Shown here: piece by piece, positions 37,892 to 47,936 of the stretch
How the letters are laid out: every line of letters begins with the position of its first letter
Numbering within the stretch: position 1 is the stretch's first letter
From: a virus
Length of the DNA: 64,000 nt
IMG/VR virus record: IMGVR_UViG_3300025679_000007
Coordinates: 7,285 to 71,284 of that record
Reading direction: 5' to 3' (one strand)
Program-made: the position numbers and the translations under genes
Notes under the pieces: model-generated
Seen by the model: only the letters and a program-made list of their open reading frames with translations
Database searches by the model: none
What the model was told of the DNA's origin: nothing

Positions 37892-40437
37892 CAGGGCGGC
37901 GCCGCGAAAGAGGGGCTCGTTAGTTCCGCCGGCGAAGGGGCGCCATGCCGCGTTAACCGCTCCACGAGTTCCGCGCCATCGTACCCGGCCGCGCCGAAGT
38001 AATGATTAAACCACGGGATCGCTCCCTGGGGATCGGCGGCCAGTTTCTGCAATACCTGTCCCCATGCGGCGTGCGTGTACGGCTTGCCGGTCTGTGGCGC
38101 GATCGGCGGTGCCGTCATGATGCTGGACCACTCGCCCGCGTTCAGTCCTTTCGGCGCGGGCGGGATTGGCGCGTTGGGCGGGTCGATCTCTCCGGGAGCC
38201 GATTGCCCGGTCGCCAAAAGCCGGTCGCGCGCCATGTCGGTCGGACTGCGCATGCCACCCATCATTTTGTCGATGCTGTCCTGGCTCAGGAATTTGTCGA
38301 TGTCGGCCGGATTGCCGCTGGCCTTCGCGGCGGTCAGGCGACGCTCGAACTCGGGAACGAACTGCGCATTGTAGATGTCTTCCCCTTTGGGGTCGCGAAC
38401 CTTGAAAAATCCATCGTCCTGCTCAAAGGAAAGGTGCCGCTTCGCGTAGGTCAGCATGGACAGCGCCGTCGTGTTGACCGCCGCGGCGTCAGGGTCCTTG
38501 CGTGAGGACAGGAAAATGTTGCGGAGCACATCGACACCACGAAGGGTCAGGTCGCCGCCGGGGCCGCCACGCTTCAGGATATCGTTGAGGTCAGTGATCC
38601 GGGTTGGATCGGCCGGGGGGGCGAAAATAGCAGAATAAGCCTTGGTGTAGCCGGGCCCGTAACCGGAGAGGTCCTCGCGGCCGACCTTGGTGAATTGCTC
38701 CTGGGCGAACTTGGTCAGGTTTTCTTTCTGGTCGGCGGTCAAAGATGGATTTTTCGTGATGGTGGTCGGATCAAACTTCGTCGGATCGTTCAACAACGTG
38801 GTGACCAGATTATTCGCCGCGCCTTCCTGCGCATCCTTCAGCGCCTTGGCCTGCTCGGCCTCTTGTTTCGCCTGGAGCATGTTGGTCTGCTGGATATGCT
38901 GCCAGACTCCTTCCTCGACCTGCCGCGCATGAACCGGATCGGTCGGGAACAAGCGCTGCCCCTCGGCGCGGGCCTGATCCATCATTTGCTGTTCATAGCC
39001 GAACGCGGCGGGATTATGCCCTGGCGCCACGGGAGCGCCTGGTGTCACGCCGATGGCGGCGGCGTTCTGGGCGTATTTGGCTTGCCACACCCCAAGGAAC
39101 TGACCGACCGTCATGTCCCCTGACCCACCGTTCCGGGTCACCGCCGCGACCGGGTTGGTCGATCCGGCCTCCGCCAGCACATTCACCGCCAGTTCGTTCG
39201 GATCGGCCTTCAGCAGCGCCGGACCGCCGCCAACGCCCTGCTGATGGACCATGTAGGTTTGCCACCCATCAGCGGGATGCCCAACAGCGCCTGACGCGAC
39301 CCCGTAGGCATTGGCCAGGAACTGCACACCCTTGGCGGCCTGCTCGACGGGCGGTGCGCCAGCGGCGAGATTGACGGACGCCTTCTCAGCGGTTCCGAGT
39401 TGAAACACCCCGCCATATTGGCTTCCAGAGCGATCGGGAACGGTGCCGATCCCGCTTTCGATATGAGCGATGGTCAACGCCTGATCCGCCGGAACGCCCT
39501 CTGCCGCGGCGGATTTCTGAATTTGCCCGACCACGGCCGGATCCGGAGCCGGTGGGGGCGCCCCTGGGTTTCGTGTGACGTTGTTGATCCCGGCCGCCAC
39601 CCCGGCTTCCGCCGCCGCGCCCTTGGTGATCCGCGTCAATTCTTCCCGCACCCCCGGATCGATCAGGCCGCCGAACTTCCCCAGGATTTGCGCGGCACGC
39701 GCACCGCCGCCGGACGGGTCAGTCGCCATGGCGCCCTCGACAGCGGATCGGATGACTTTGGTGCGCGCCGCGATCTGCCCTTGATCGATGAGGGTTTGAT
39801 CGGGTGTCGCGCCATACTTCAGACCGGTCAGTTGATCGCCTCGACTCTGCGCGTCGGCGAGCGAGTGCATGATGGTATCATCGGAAGTGTAACTGTGAGC
39901 TGCCTGCGTCGCGGCGGCCTGAATCCCCGCCTCCGCCACGCCTCCGGCATACACATCACTCTGTTGGTCCAAGTGGCGGCTGATTTCCGAGGATTTATAC
40001 TGGAAATACCGCCGCGACTGTTCATCGAATTGCAGTTTTTGCACGTCATTCTGCAAGCCGCCCTTGATCTGGTCGCGCAGTTGCGTGAGTTGACTGACGA
40101 CCTCCGGGCCGGCTGACAGTGCATCCGATCCCTTGAGCGAATACAGTCCTTTTGGCGCGGTCGGGTCGTTCGGGTTGCCGTAGGTCAACGCCTCGCCACG
40201 GTCCATGAACTGATTCATGGCGTCGTCACCGGCGACCTGGTTGAACCGCTGCTGCCTGACCTCGGCGATCTGAGCGAGGTTGTTTCCGGCCTGCTGACCC
40301 TCGGCGCCGACGCGTTCTTCGGCCTGACCGATCAGGCCACCGAAGTCGGCCGGACTGCTCTGGATGCTCTCGTAGTCCGATGGCGGCGTCGCCGGGATCG
40401 GAACATCGGAGACAATGGAAAGGGGAACGCGGGCCAC
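37891..40437 (-). CDS. Ejection protein with lytic transglycosylase domain
   Basis: IAHIESG..GVFQLG..YMVHQQG; T7 gp15 position. Confidence 0.8.
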   Translation of the reverse strand: MARVPLSIVSDVPIPATPPSDYESIQSSPADFGGLIGQAEERVGAEGQQAGNNLAQIAEVRQQRFNQVAGDDAMNQFMDRGEALTYGNPNDPTAPKGLYSLKGSDALSAGPEVVSQLTQLRDQIKGGLQNDVQKLQFDEQSRRYFQYKSSEISRHLDQQSDVYAGGVAEAGIQAAATQAAHSYTSDDTIMHSLADAQSRGDQLTGLKYGATPDQTLIDQGQIAARTKVIRSAVEGAMATDPSGGGARAAQILGKFGGLIDPGVREELTRITKGAAAEAGVAAGINNVTRNPGAPPPAPDPAVVGQIQKSAAAEGVPADQALTIAHIESGIGTVPDRSGSQYGGVFQLGTAEKASVNLAAGAPPVEQAAKGVQFLANAYGVASGAVGHPADGWQTYMVHQQGVGGGPALLKADPNELAVNVLAEAGSTNPVAAVTRNGGSGDMTVGQFLGVWQAKYAQNAAAIGVTPGAPVAPGHNPAAFGYEQQMMDQARAEGQRLFPTDPVHARQVEEGVWQHIQQTNMLQAKQEAEQAKALKDAQEGAANNLVTTLLNDPTKFDPTTITKNPSLTADQKENLTKFAQEQFTKVGREDLSGYGPGYTKAYSAIFAPPADPTRITDLNDILKRGGPGGDLTLRGVDVLRNIFLSSRKDPDAAAVNTTALSMLTYAKRHLSFEQDDGFFKVRDPKGEDIYNAQFVPEFERRLTAAKASGNPADIDKFLSQDSIDKMMGGMRSPTDMARDRLLATGQSAPGEIDPPNAPIPPAPKGLNAGEWSSIMTAPPIAPQTGKPYTHAAWGQVLQKLAADPQGAIPWFNHYFGAAGYDGAELVERLTRHGAPSPAELTSPSFAAPP

Positions 40438-40440
40438 GGC

Positions 40441-41058
40441 TCAGCCGTACGTCGCTGCGTTTGACGCGTCGCTGGATATATTGCCAAACGATGATCCAGA
40501 GCCCGAGCCGCCGTTGAACGCGCCCGCGTTGACCAGCTTCGCGTAATTCAGCCCGACTCCCGACGCGCCCGACAACAGGCCGCCGCCCGCCATGAGATCG
40601 CCGGCGGTCGTCGCCTGGCCTGCCTGGCCCGTCAAAAGGCCACTCTCCGCGCCGAAGTTGGCCTGCTGCGTCCGGTAGCCGTATGCCTGAAGGGCGGCGT
40701 TATCGACGGTCTGCTGTGTCGCCAGAGACCCGGTTTCCTTCTGGGTTTTTTCCACATCGGCGGCGGACCCTGAATTGACATCCACCCCACCGGCGGCGAG
40801 CGCGGTGGTGACCTGGCCTTGCTGCTCCCGCTCCTGTATTCCGACCTCTTGCGCCTTTTCCTGGCCGGCCTGCGTCGCGTATTCCGCGTTTTGCGCCGCG
40901 ATCGTTTCGTTGTTCCGCGCGACCTGCGCCTGATAATTGGCATTCGACTTTTGCGCCGCCGCGCTGGAAAGCGACCCCGCGACGGCAACACCCGTGGAAG
41001 CGACGCCCGCGATCAGGGAGGCTGTCGCGGCGGCGGCCGGGAGGGATGCGGATGGCAT
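40441..41058 (-). CDS. Ejection protein (T7 gp14-like)
   Basis: A/Q/G-rich, AAGGVDVNSGSA motif, position. Confidence 0.75.
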   Translation of the reverse strand: MPSASLPAAAATASLIAGVASTGVAVAGSLSSAAAQKSNANYQAQVARNNETIAAQNAEYATQAGQEKAQEVGIQEREQQGQVTTALAAGGVDVNSGSAADVEKTQKETGSLATQQTVDNAALQAYGYRTQQANFGAESGLLTGQAGQATTAGDLMAGGGLLSGASGVGLNYAKLVNAGAFNGGSGSGSSFGNISSDASNAATYG

Positions 41059-41059
41059 G

Positions 41060-42145
41060 TCAGGCCGCCATTTCTCTGTTAATCGCCCCGGAGCGGACCA
41101 GACGACTTAATTCTGTCCGGCAGGCTTTTTTGAATCTCTCCACTTTATCCTGATTTTCGAAATAATACCGAAGAACCGCGATGGCGTCAGTCTGAAGGTT
41201 TTGTCCACGCAGGCGTAGCCACCAATCCCGAGGCAAATCAATCGAGAGACAGTGGGTGAAGATCTCGGCGCAGACATCTTCACGGTCAAGATCGTCGTGA
41301 TCGACAACCAACGCACCCGGAAGGCGTGCGATCTGATCCAGCGCGCGACTGATCCGCTCCATGTTTTTGCGCAATTTCGTCAGGTCATAAACAAAAGCGC
41401 CATTTAGATCGAGCCGCGCCAGCGAGGCCATGACTTGTTCCACCGGACGACGCACCACGACGGCGCGCAAATCGGGGACGTGATGATGAAGAACGCGCCA
41501 GCCTGGCGCCGCGGCGGTTTCCGCCGTTCCCGTTCCCGGTTGGCTGAATAGCGCCGCTATATCCTCGATTCCGCGCATCCTGATCGCGGTCTCGTGGTGA
41601 CACTCCCAGTCGCCGTACGAGAGGAACCGAGACAACCAGAACGTCCGCGATCGGGGCAACCCATACACGATAAAGGGACGCTTAGGCGGAGGATGGCGCC
41701 AGATCGTCATCAACCGATATGCCACACCGTCAACGCCCACCGGCTCCGGCGGACCGAATGTAAATCCCAACGCGGCAAAAAAACGGATCGAGCGCGTGTA
41801 AGAGGCCAGGACGTAGCACCGCAACCGGCCATGGATCACCAGCATCTCGTTTATCTCGCGCCGCGTTTCCCGTAGAAACGCGATCTTCGCCCGCTCGATG
41901 GAAGGTGCCGTAAAGAGCCACGGTGCGCCATCGCTACCAAGGACAGGCGTTTGCACACCCCAGACCGCCGCGACCTCGCCACCGACCAGCGCGACTCGCC
42001 TGACAGGTGAATCGCGATAAAGATCATGCAGCAGATGTCTGGCTTTCAGGCCCCAACCCTCGATTTCTGCACGGTCCATCGGCCGTATAGCACGCGCCAT
42101 GACACGGATATCGGCGAGCGTGGCCGGGCGGATTTCGTAGTTCAC
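41060..42145 (-). CDS. GNAT-like (gp13-type) domain fused to a sulfotransferase-like P-loop domain
   Basis: N: IRP.DRAE..SIRFFAALGF; C: FIVYGLPRSRTFWLSRFL..CHHE; GTGA overlap. Confidence 0.7.
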   Translation of the reverse strand: MNYEIRPATLADIRVMARAIRPMDRAEIEGWGLKARHLLHDLYRDSPVRRVALVGGEVAAVWGVQTPVLGSDGAPWLFTAPSIERAKIAFLRETRREINEMLVIHGRLRCYVLASYTRSIRFFAALGFTFGPPEPVGVDGVAYRLMTIWRHPPPKRPFIVYGLPRSRTFWLSRFLSYGDWECHHETAIRMRGIEDIAALFSQPGTGTAETAAAPGWRVLHHHVPDLRAVVVRRPVEQVMASLARLDLNGAFVYDLTKLRKNMERISRALDQIARLPGALVVDHDDLDREDVCAEIFTHCLSIDLPRDWWLRLRGQNLQTDAIAVLRYYFENQDKVERFKKACRTELSRLVRSGAINREMAA

Positions 42146-45100
42146 CCGGAAATCATCCAATTACCGGGTCCCCGTGGAACCTGCTGCCGTTGTTGCCTCT
42201 GAGAAAACGTCAACTCGGGAAGGTCTCCCTCCAAGTACTCTGGCACCACATCAACGATATTGAGAGGAAGGGGGGCTGTCTGTTGAAAGGCGACCTGCCC
42301 TGGCTTCGCCCACGTCGACATGATGGTGGTGCGAATATCTCCCGTGAAAAGTTCCTGCACGGTGACGCCGCCCGGGGATACATAAGTACTACCCTGGTTT
42401 GGGGTCGTTACCATGCCGCTCCAGGCTGGCGCCAGGGATGGCGGCGACAGCGCCGCGCCGTCGGGCTGATTTGATCCCACCGCGACACTGATACTGGCGT
42501 CGACCCGCGCCGTGAGCGCTGTTACGGTTTTCCTGCGGCCCTGAAGCGTCATTTGTCCGGCTGGATCAAGTCTCGGCAACTGAAGCTGCGGTGTGAACGG
42601 CAATCCGACCTTGACGTTCGAGGCAAAATACGGAAGCGGAATCGTCCCCGTGCCACTGACGACCGTTGGGGGAATCGGCACGCCGTCCGCGATACCCGTG
42701 ACCGTCAGTCCGGCGAGGTGAGTCAAACCGCCAACCGCGTCGATTGGGGCTGTCATGGTCCAACTGCCCGGAGGTTGCTGAATGACCCTTGGGGTCACGT
42801 CAGGAAACAACGCGACCGGAGGCAGGTTCCAGGTTCCATTCACGGAACTCGTGCTGATGTAGCCGCTGATGGTGGCTATCCCACCGCCCATCCGAATGAC
42901 GCTCCCGATATTCCCGGAGGAAAACACCGGGCTCGACGCATTAAAGATCACCACGCCACTGGCTGAATTGGCGTACAGGATGGCATTCGGGGCTGGCATC
43001 GGATTGGACAGGCCGCAATCGACACACCAAGGATCTTCCGTCGCCGCCCAGATGCGGTTATCCATCCTCTCGATGTAATAAGCGGTTCCACCAGCGGCCG
43101 CCACGCACGGTCGCGCGACCGCCACGTAAAGGGCGTCGACAGGCGGTTCCGTTACCGATGCGATAGACAGAAATTGTCCGAACGTGTCATGTCGCGCCCA
43201 GCCATAAACCTCTTGTTCCTTGAGGTAAGTTAATGACAACAAAACGCCGTCGTTCCGAATGAACCACGCAATCTTGTATGGCTCTTCGCACCACGCCGAC
43301 TGCAAAATCTGAAATCCGGCGAACAACTGGCCGGAAAGTTGCGTCAGATCGGACCCGGTATAGATGTTGATCCAGAAATTCCAGGCCAGATCACGAACGA
43401 TTGAACCTTTAGCCTGCACGTAGATGATATCGAAGTTCACCGTGAGCGGCGGTACGATATCGGAACACCCATTGAACGCCTGCTGAGTGGCCTGGATGCT
43501 GGTCGGCGTGATGGGTTGAGGATTGGTCGCGGAACTGCCGGAGCCACCAATCTGCCATGCCCCAAGACCGGTCAGGACCACAAGCCCTCCCGGCATCGGA
43601 ATCATGAACTGGATACCATTGACCTGTTGCGACCATGGCGTCGCGGTGATCGCGTCGTTTGCCGTGATCGGAATTGAAGTGTCGAAATTCAGAAAGTTGC
43701 CGGCCTGCGACATCCATAACGTATCGGGATCGTTGAGGCTCCCCGCGTAAACCCGGCGTTGTTGCGTGTAAGCCGGCACGCTTGGCCACGTTCCCGTTGG
43801 CGGTCCCAGGGTCAAGGTTCCGGTCGCGCCAGTGCCGCCGCCGCTGTCCGTGAAAACCAGCGTATCGGTCCCACTGAAGTTCTGCCCGGCGCTCATGATT
43901 AAAACCGCCTGAATCACCCCGGAGATAATGACCGGACCAGCGATAAAGCCGCTCCCCGTGCCGGACGTGATCGTGACCGTCGTGGCGCTCGTGTAACCGG
44001 CGCCTCCGGATGTTATCGAACAGTACAGCACCGCGCCGCGAGCAAATGGGTCAGTATGCTGTGGCGGGACCGTCGTCACATCCGGGATGGTGTTGCTGTC
44101 GACGAACTGGGTTCCGTAGGACGTTCCGCAGTAGCCGAAAACCGCCCCGGCCGGCACGGGGAGGGCGTCAGTCGGATTCCCCGGATCGGTGTTATAGGAG
44201 GTCGGCGCCTTGTAGATATTGTAGGTCGCGGCGTTCGCCACGGCGCTCCAGCTAACGATGTTGGACCCCGCCGTTGCCGCGATATCAACGCCATTTGTTA
44301 AATTGGCGATCGGCGACGCCACGCTTTCTTCACCGGTCACCACTTCGACGGCGGTGACACAGTACGCATAGGCGGCGGGCAGCGTCGGTGGCGATGTCGC
44401 CGTGCTGGGCTGAACCGTCGCCGAAGCACCGGCGTTCGCCGGCGCCACGATGTTGGCCGCGAATGTGCTTTGCGTGAGCACCCAGTCCGATGCCGTGACC
44501 CTGGCGAGGTCGTAAGGGGGGTATTCGGCGCCATTTACCGTGTTGACGCAGCATAGCGTCATGACATCCGCCGATTGCGTGGTCTTCAAATAGGGCAGGT
44601 CACCCGCCGCCCATGGTGTCGCCAGAGTGTATATCCGGGCGACCGTTCCGCCGGAGGTATAAACCCCGTAGCTTGTCGCGTTGACCGAGTTGCCATTGAG
44701 GTCTTCCAGCGTGAAGTATCCGCTCGAAGCACTGGCCACGATGTAGGTTCCGCCATTAAGTTGCGTCGTTCCGCCGACCCCTTCGATAACGACCCAATCT
44801 CCATTGGCGAAGTTGTTCACCGCCGCGATTCCGCATGGATTGGTGTTCGAGGTGCCGGTGATCGTTTTCGCCGCTTCAACGACGGGCGCCCCATGGGCGT
44901 AAACCCGCATGTAGTTGTCGCCCAATTCCAACGCGTAACCCTGATTGATGTTGAACTGAAACTTAATGAGGCGTGGCGGAGCCTGGGCGTAGGTCTGTCT
45001 GCTGCGGTTGCAAAGCGCGGTCCCGGCCCGGCTGCAATACCCACCTCGGTATGAAACAAACCCGTTCCGCATTGTCGTGGCGGCCACGTGGATCTTCGCC

Positions 45101-45174
45101 AGGTCGACGTGACCGTACAGCGCGGGCGCGATTTCACCGGCCGCGAAGGCGGTCTGTATGGAGAACTGCGGCAT
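42142..45174 (-). CDS. Tail tubular protein B / nozzle
   Basis: FAAGEIAP..R.GT, QSADVM, WPS...QQR, WARHDT; FCCH-like insert. Confidence 0.9.
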   Translation of the reverse strand: MPQFSIQTAFAAGEIAPALYGHVDLAKIHVAATTMRNGFVSYRGGYCSRAGTALCNRSRQTYAQAPPRLIKFQFNINQGYALELGDNYMRVYAHGAPVVEAAKTITGTSNTNPCGIAAVNNFANGDWVVIEGVGGTTQLNGGTYIVASASSGYFTLEDLNGNSVNATSYGVYTSGGTVARIYTLATPWAAGDLPYLKTTQSADVMTLCCVNTVNGAEYPPYDLARVTASDWVLTQSTFAANIVAPANAGASATVQPSTATSPPTLPAAYAYCVTAVEVVTGEESVASPIANLTNGVDIAATAGSNIVSWSAVANAATYNIYKAPTSYNTDPGNPTDALPVPAGAVFGYCGTSYGTQFVDSNTIPDVTTVPPQHTDPFARGAVLYCSITSGGAGYTSATTVTITSGTGSGFIAGPVIISGVIQAVLIMSAGQNFSGTDTLVFTDSGGGTGATGTLTLGPPTGTWPSVPAYTQQRRVYAGSLNDPDTLWMSQAGNFLNFDTSIPITANDAITATPWSQQVNGIQFMIPMPGGLVVLTGLGAWQIGGSGSSATNPQPITPTSIQATQQAFNGCSDIVPPLTVNFDIIYVQAKGSIVRDLAWNFWINIYTGSDLTQLSGQLFAGFQILQSAWCEEPYKIAWFIRNDGVLLSLTYLKEQEVYGWARHDTFGQFLSIASVTEPPVDALYVAVARPCVAAAGGTAYYIERMDNRIWAATEDPWCVDCGLSNPMPAPNAILYANSASGVVIFNASSPVFSSGNIGSVIRMGGGIATISGYISTSSVNGTWNLPPVALFPDVTPRVIQQPPGSWTMTAPIDAVGGLTHLAGLTVTGIADGVPIPPTVVSGTGTIPLPYFASNVKVGLPFTPQLQLPRLDPAGQMTLQGRRKTVTALTARVDASISVAVGSNQPDGAALSPPSLAPAWSGMVTTPNQGSTYVSPGGVTVQELFTGDIRTTIMSTWAKPGQVAFQQTAPLPLNIVDVVPEYLEGDLPELTFSQRQQRQQVPRGPGNWMISG

Positions 45175-45214
45175 GACTGTGTGGAGTGGCCTTTATCGTC
45201 GAGTTTTACTTGAC

Positions 45215-46132
45215 CTAATAGGCGATCCCGTCTCCGAACATACATGCGTCGTGCCCGTAACCGAGCACGCCGGCCCCGTTCCAATCCAGGCCGCCGGCGC
45301 GGCTACGGACCCGCAGCCAATCCGGCACATGGTCTACCGATGTCCATCCCTCGTTTCCGTCACTGACCCGCGCCTGATCCAGCGCGGCCTTGCAGATCGC
45401 GATCTGTTCATTCCGGATCGAGGTCGCCGCCTTCCGGTCTGTCACGAGCGGCATCGCGAAGCACGACGCGAGAAGCGAGACAAACGCCTGACCAAACAGC
45501 GGGTCCCATTGATCCACGTAGGTTATCAGCGACGTGTAAACGAGGTCGGCGCGGGATTGGTTCGTCAGGATAACAGTCTGACTGGCGAGCCCCTGTCCCA
45601 TCGTGGTCGCTGTATCGGGGATTTGATCCCATGTGGTCGGTGCGCCGATCAGGGCCGGGATCGTGTCCGTGCCAACCAGAAAGCGGGCCGGAACCTGCCG
45701 CCCGAACGGCTGTTGGTTAAGGCCGCTCATCAACGGGTTAGACGGCAATGAGATGTTCCCGGTCGGCACATTGGAACCGGCATTGTTAAACGAGGTCGGC
45801 ACGAACCGCGCCTTCACGCAGTCGATCGGCCACGCGTATTCGTACGTCCACGGGATCATGCCCGGCGTGCCGCTACCGACGAACGGTGGATTGATCCCCT
45901 CGGCGATCTGCTGTTGCGAGGTTTGCCCCGTGGCGTCCTGAAGCAGAACCATCGAGACGCGACGCCGCGCGAAATTCCAATGCGCCGACCGGAACAGTTG
46001 GCGCAGCGCCGGGCCATAATGACGCCGCGCGACCATCGCCTCCTTGGCACCATCGTTAAGATCGACGATCGAATTCGGATTGCCGATCAGGTCAAGCGCC
46101 CTGTTGCAGATATCCTCTGGGCGCGTTGGCAT
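45215..46132 (-). CDS. Tail tubular A/adaptor paralogue 5 (canonical type)
   Basis: DICNRAL..WNFARR..YAWPIDC..WDPLF..PDWLRVR. Confidence 0.85.
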   Translation of the reverse strand: MPTRPEDICNRALDLIGNPNSIVDLNDGAKEAMVARRHYGPALRQLFRSAHWNFARRRVSMVLLQDATGQTSQQQIAEGINPPFVGSGTPGMIPWTYEYAWPIDCVKARFVPTSFNNAGSNVPTGNISLPSNPLMSGLNQQPFGRQVPARFLVGTDTIPALIGAPTTWDQIPDTATTMGQGLASQTVILTNQSRADLVYTSLITYVDQWDPLFGQAFVSLLASCFAMPLVTDRKAATSIRNEQIAICKAALDQARVSDGNEGWTSVDHVPDWLRVRSRAGGLDWNGAGVLGYGHDACMFGDGIAY

Positions 46133-46136
46133 GGCG

Positions 46137-46742
46137 TTACCCTCTGTTGTCGGCGACGCTCACGACGCTGCCGGCCGCTTCGGCCATGCGCGCCTTGACC
46201 GCCTCCGGGTCGGATCGCAGCGCCTCCTGGAACCGCAACGCGAGGCGTTCGATCAAGGCTTCGATGAACCGTGGCTCCGGCGACCATTGAGCGGGATCGT
46301 CGATCAGAGCAGTAAACGATGCGACGGCCCCGGCCAAATTACTCAGGACGACTTTCTGTCCCAGGGCTGAATCGTTGGCGATGGTGAAGATGTTCGGCAC
46401 CGGGTCCCACTCCGGAAGCGCCACCGGCGTCGGCCGGACCGATCGAATTCTCAGGCATCCAGAAGGGTAGGCATACTCGTAAATCCACGGCAGCAAGGGG
46501 TAGATCGAGGTCCACGGCGTCAACCCGTATCCCCCTACCGGCGCCGTCTTCAATAGCTTGAGGCCGATCTCCTGTCTGGCGAACTGCCAGTCCTCCGACT
46601 CCATGAGTTCGTCGCGGGCCTGAACATAAATTTCAATCGCGGCCCGCGACGCGACGGACCCTTCGTAAATGGAACCGATCGGGGTTGGATAACCAATCCG
46701 GCGGAGCGCCTTGTTGCAAATGTCCTCAACCGCGATCGCCAT
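46137..46742 (-). CDS. Tail tubular A/adaptor paralogue 4
   Basis: DICNKAL..WQFARQ..YAYPSGC. Confidence 0.8.
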   Translation of the reverse strand: MAIAVEDICNKALRRIGYPTPIGSIYEGSVASRAAIEIYVQARDELMESEDWQFARQEIGLKLLKTAPVGGYGLTPWTSIYPLLPWIYEYAYPSGCLRIRSVRPTPVALPEWDPVPNIFTIANDSALGQKVVLSNLAGAVASFTALIDDPAQWSPEPRFIEALIERLALRFQEALRSDPEAVKARMAEAAGSVVSVADNRG

Positions 46743-47314
46743 CAGGAATCCTTGCCCACATCGATGCCGGCGATTTTAAGAGCCGTGGCGTATCCGTCAG
46801 GGCCGCCCTTGCTCTGGCCGTGCTCGTCCTTGGAGGACAACAGCGGCGCCAAGGACGCACTGAGGTATTGCACGACCGTTTCAGTGAATAATGGGTTCCA
46901 GAAATCCTCGGTTACGCCGCTTGTCGTGTAGACCAGGCTGGCGGAAGCGGTATTCGTCCAGATCACTGTCGCCATGACGCCACCGATGACATTCGCGCCA
47001 ACGTCCCATCGTGTCGGAATTGGGCTGTTCAGCGCGCCGTTGTTCGGGACCACCATGCGCACCTTCAGGCAATCGGCGGGATAGACGTACTCAAAATCCC
47101 ATCCAAACTGGGCGCCGTTGCCGGACAACGCGAGAGTCGCCGCCTTGCGTGAGAATTCGTGGTCCGAAGCCCGAAGCAGCGCCCAAACCGTTTGCGTGTA
47201 TTGCCGCAACGCGATCTGGGATTCCCGGCTGCCGTCTTGTGGGTCGCCGATCGTGATTTCACAGCCGGCCAGGTTAAGCGCCCGATTGATGATGTCAGCG
47301 GGATAAACGGTCAT
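46742..47314 (-). CDS. Tail tubular A/adaptor paralogue 3
   Basis: DIINRAL..HEFSRK..YVYPADC..WNPLF. Confidence 0.8.
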   Translation of the reverse strand: MTVYPADIINRALNLAGCEITIGDPQDGSRESQIALRQYTQTVWALLRASDHEFSRKAATLALSGNGAQFGWDFEYVYPADCLKVRMVVPNNGALNSPIPTRWDVGANVIGGVMATVIWTNTASASLVYTTSGVTEDFWNPLFTETVVQYLSASLAPLLSSKDEHGQSKGGPDGYATALKIAGIDVGKDS

Positions 47315-47922
47315 CAGCCGCGCCTCATGTCGGCGATCATCGTGGCGCCTTCAGCATCCCGATCAGCGGTCTGAACCGGATTCTGCTCCTGGGCGAATTG
47401 CCGCTCAAATTCCACGGCCAACGCCTCTATCAAGGCATCGAGAAAGCCAGCGTCATTCCATGCCGCGGGGTTCGTGACGCGGCCGGTAATGGTGGCCTGG
47501 GCGTTCAGCAGGTTGGTCAACACCACCAAAGACCCTGACGCCGTATCGCTCCCGACCACGAAGATGTTCGGAAACACGTTGCGCTCCGGAAGCGCCACCG
47601 GCGTCGGCCGGACCGATCGAACCATGATGCAGGACATTGGATAGGCATACTCATACCCCCAGGGGAGCGGTGGATTGTTCACGGCGCTCCATGGCGTCGA
47701 GCCATACCCTCCGGCCGGCGCCGTCTTCAGCGCAGCGCCCAGGCTTACCGTCTGCCTGGCGAAACCCCAGTCCCGCTCGCGCAACACCGCGTCTCTGATC
47801 TGGCCGTAATAGTCGAGCGCGATCCGGGAGGCCCGCGACCCTTCGTAAATGGAACCGATCGGGGTTGGATACTTCACGCGGCGAAGCGCGGCGTTCAGAA
47901 TGTCTTCGACCGCCAGCACCAT
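47314..47922 (-). CDS. Tail tubular A/adaptor paralogue 2
   Basis: DILNAAL..WGFARQ..YAYPMSC; ATG at 47922. Confidence 0.8.
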   Translation of the reverse strand: MVLAVEDILNAALRRVKYPTPIGSIYEGSRASRIALDYYGQIRDAVLRERDWGFARQTVSLGAALKTAPAGGYGSTPWSAVNNPPLPWGYEYAYPMSCIMVRSVRPTPVALPERNVFPNIFVVGSDTASGSLVVLTNLLNAQATITGRVTNPAAWNDAGFLDALIEALAVEFERQFAQEQNPVQTADRDAEGATMIADMRRG

Positions 47923-47936
47923 GACGACGCGACCCC

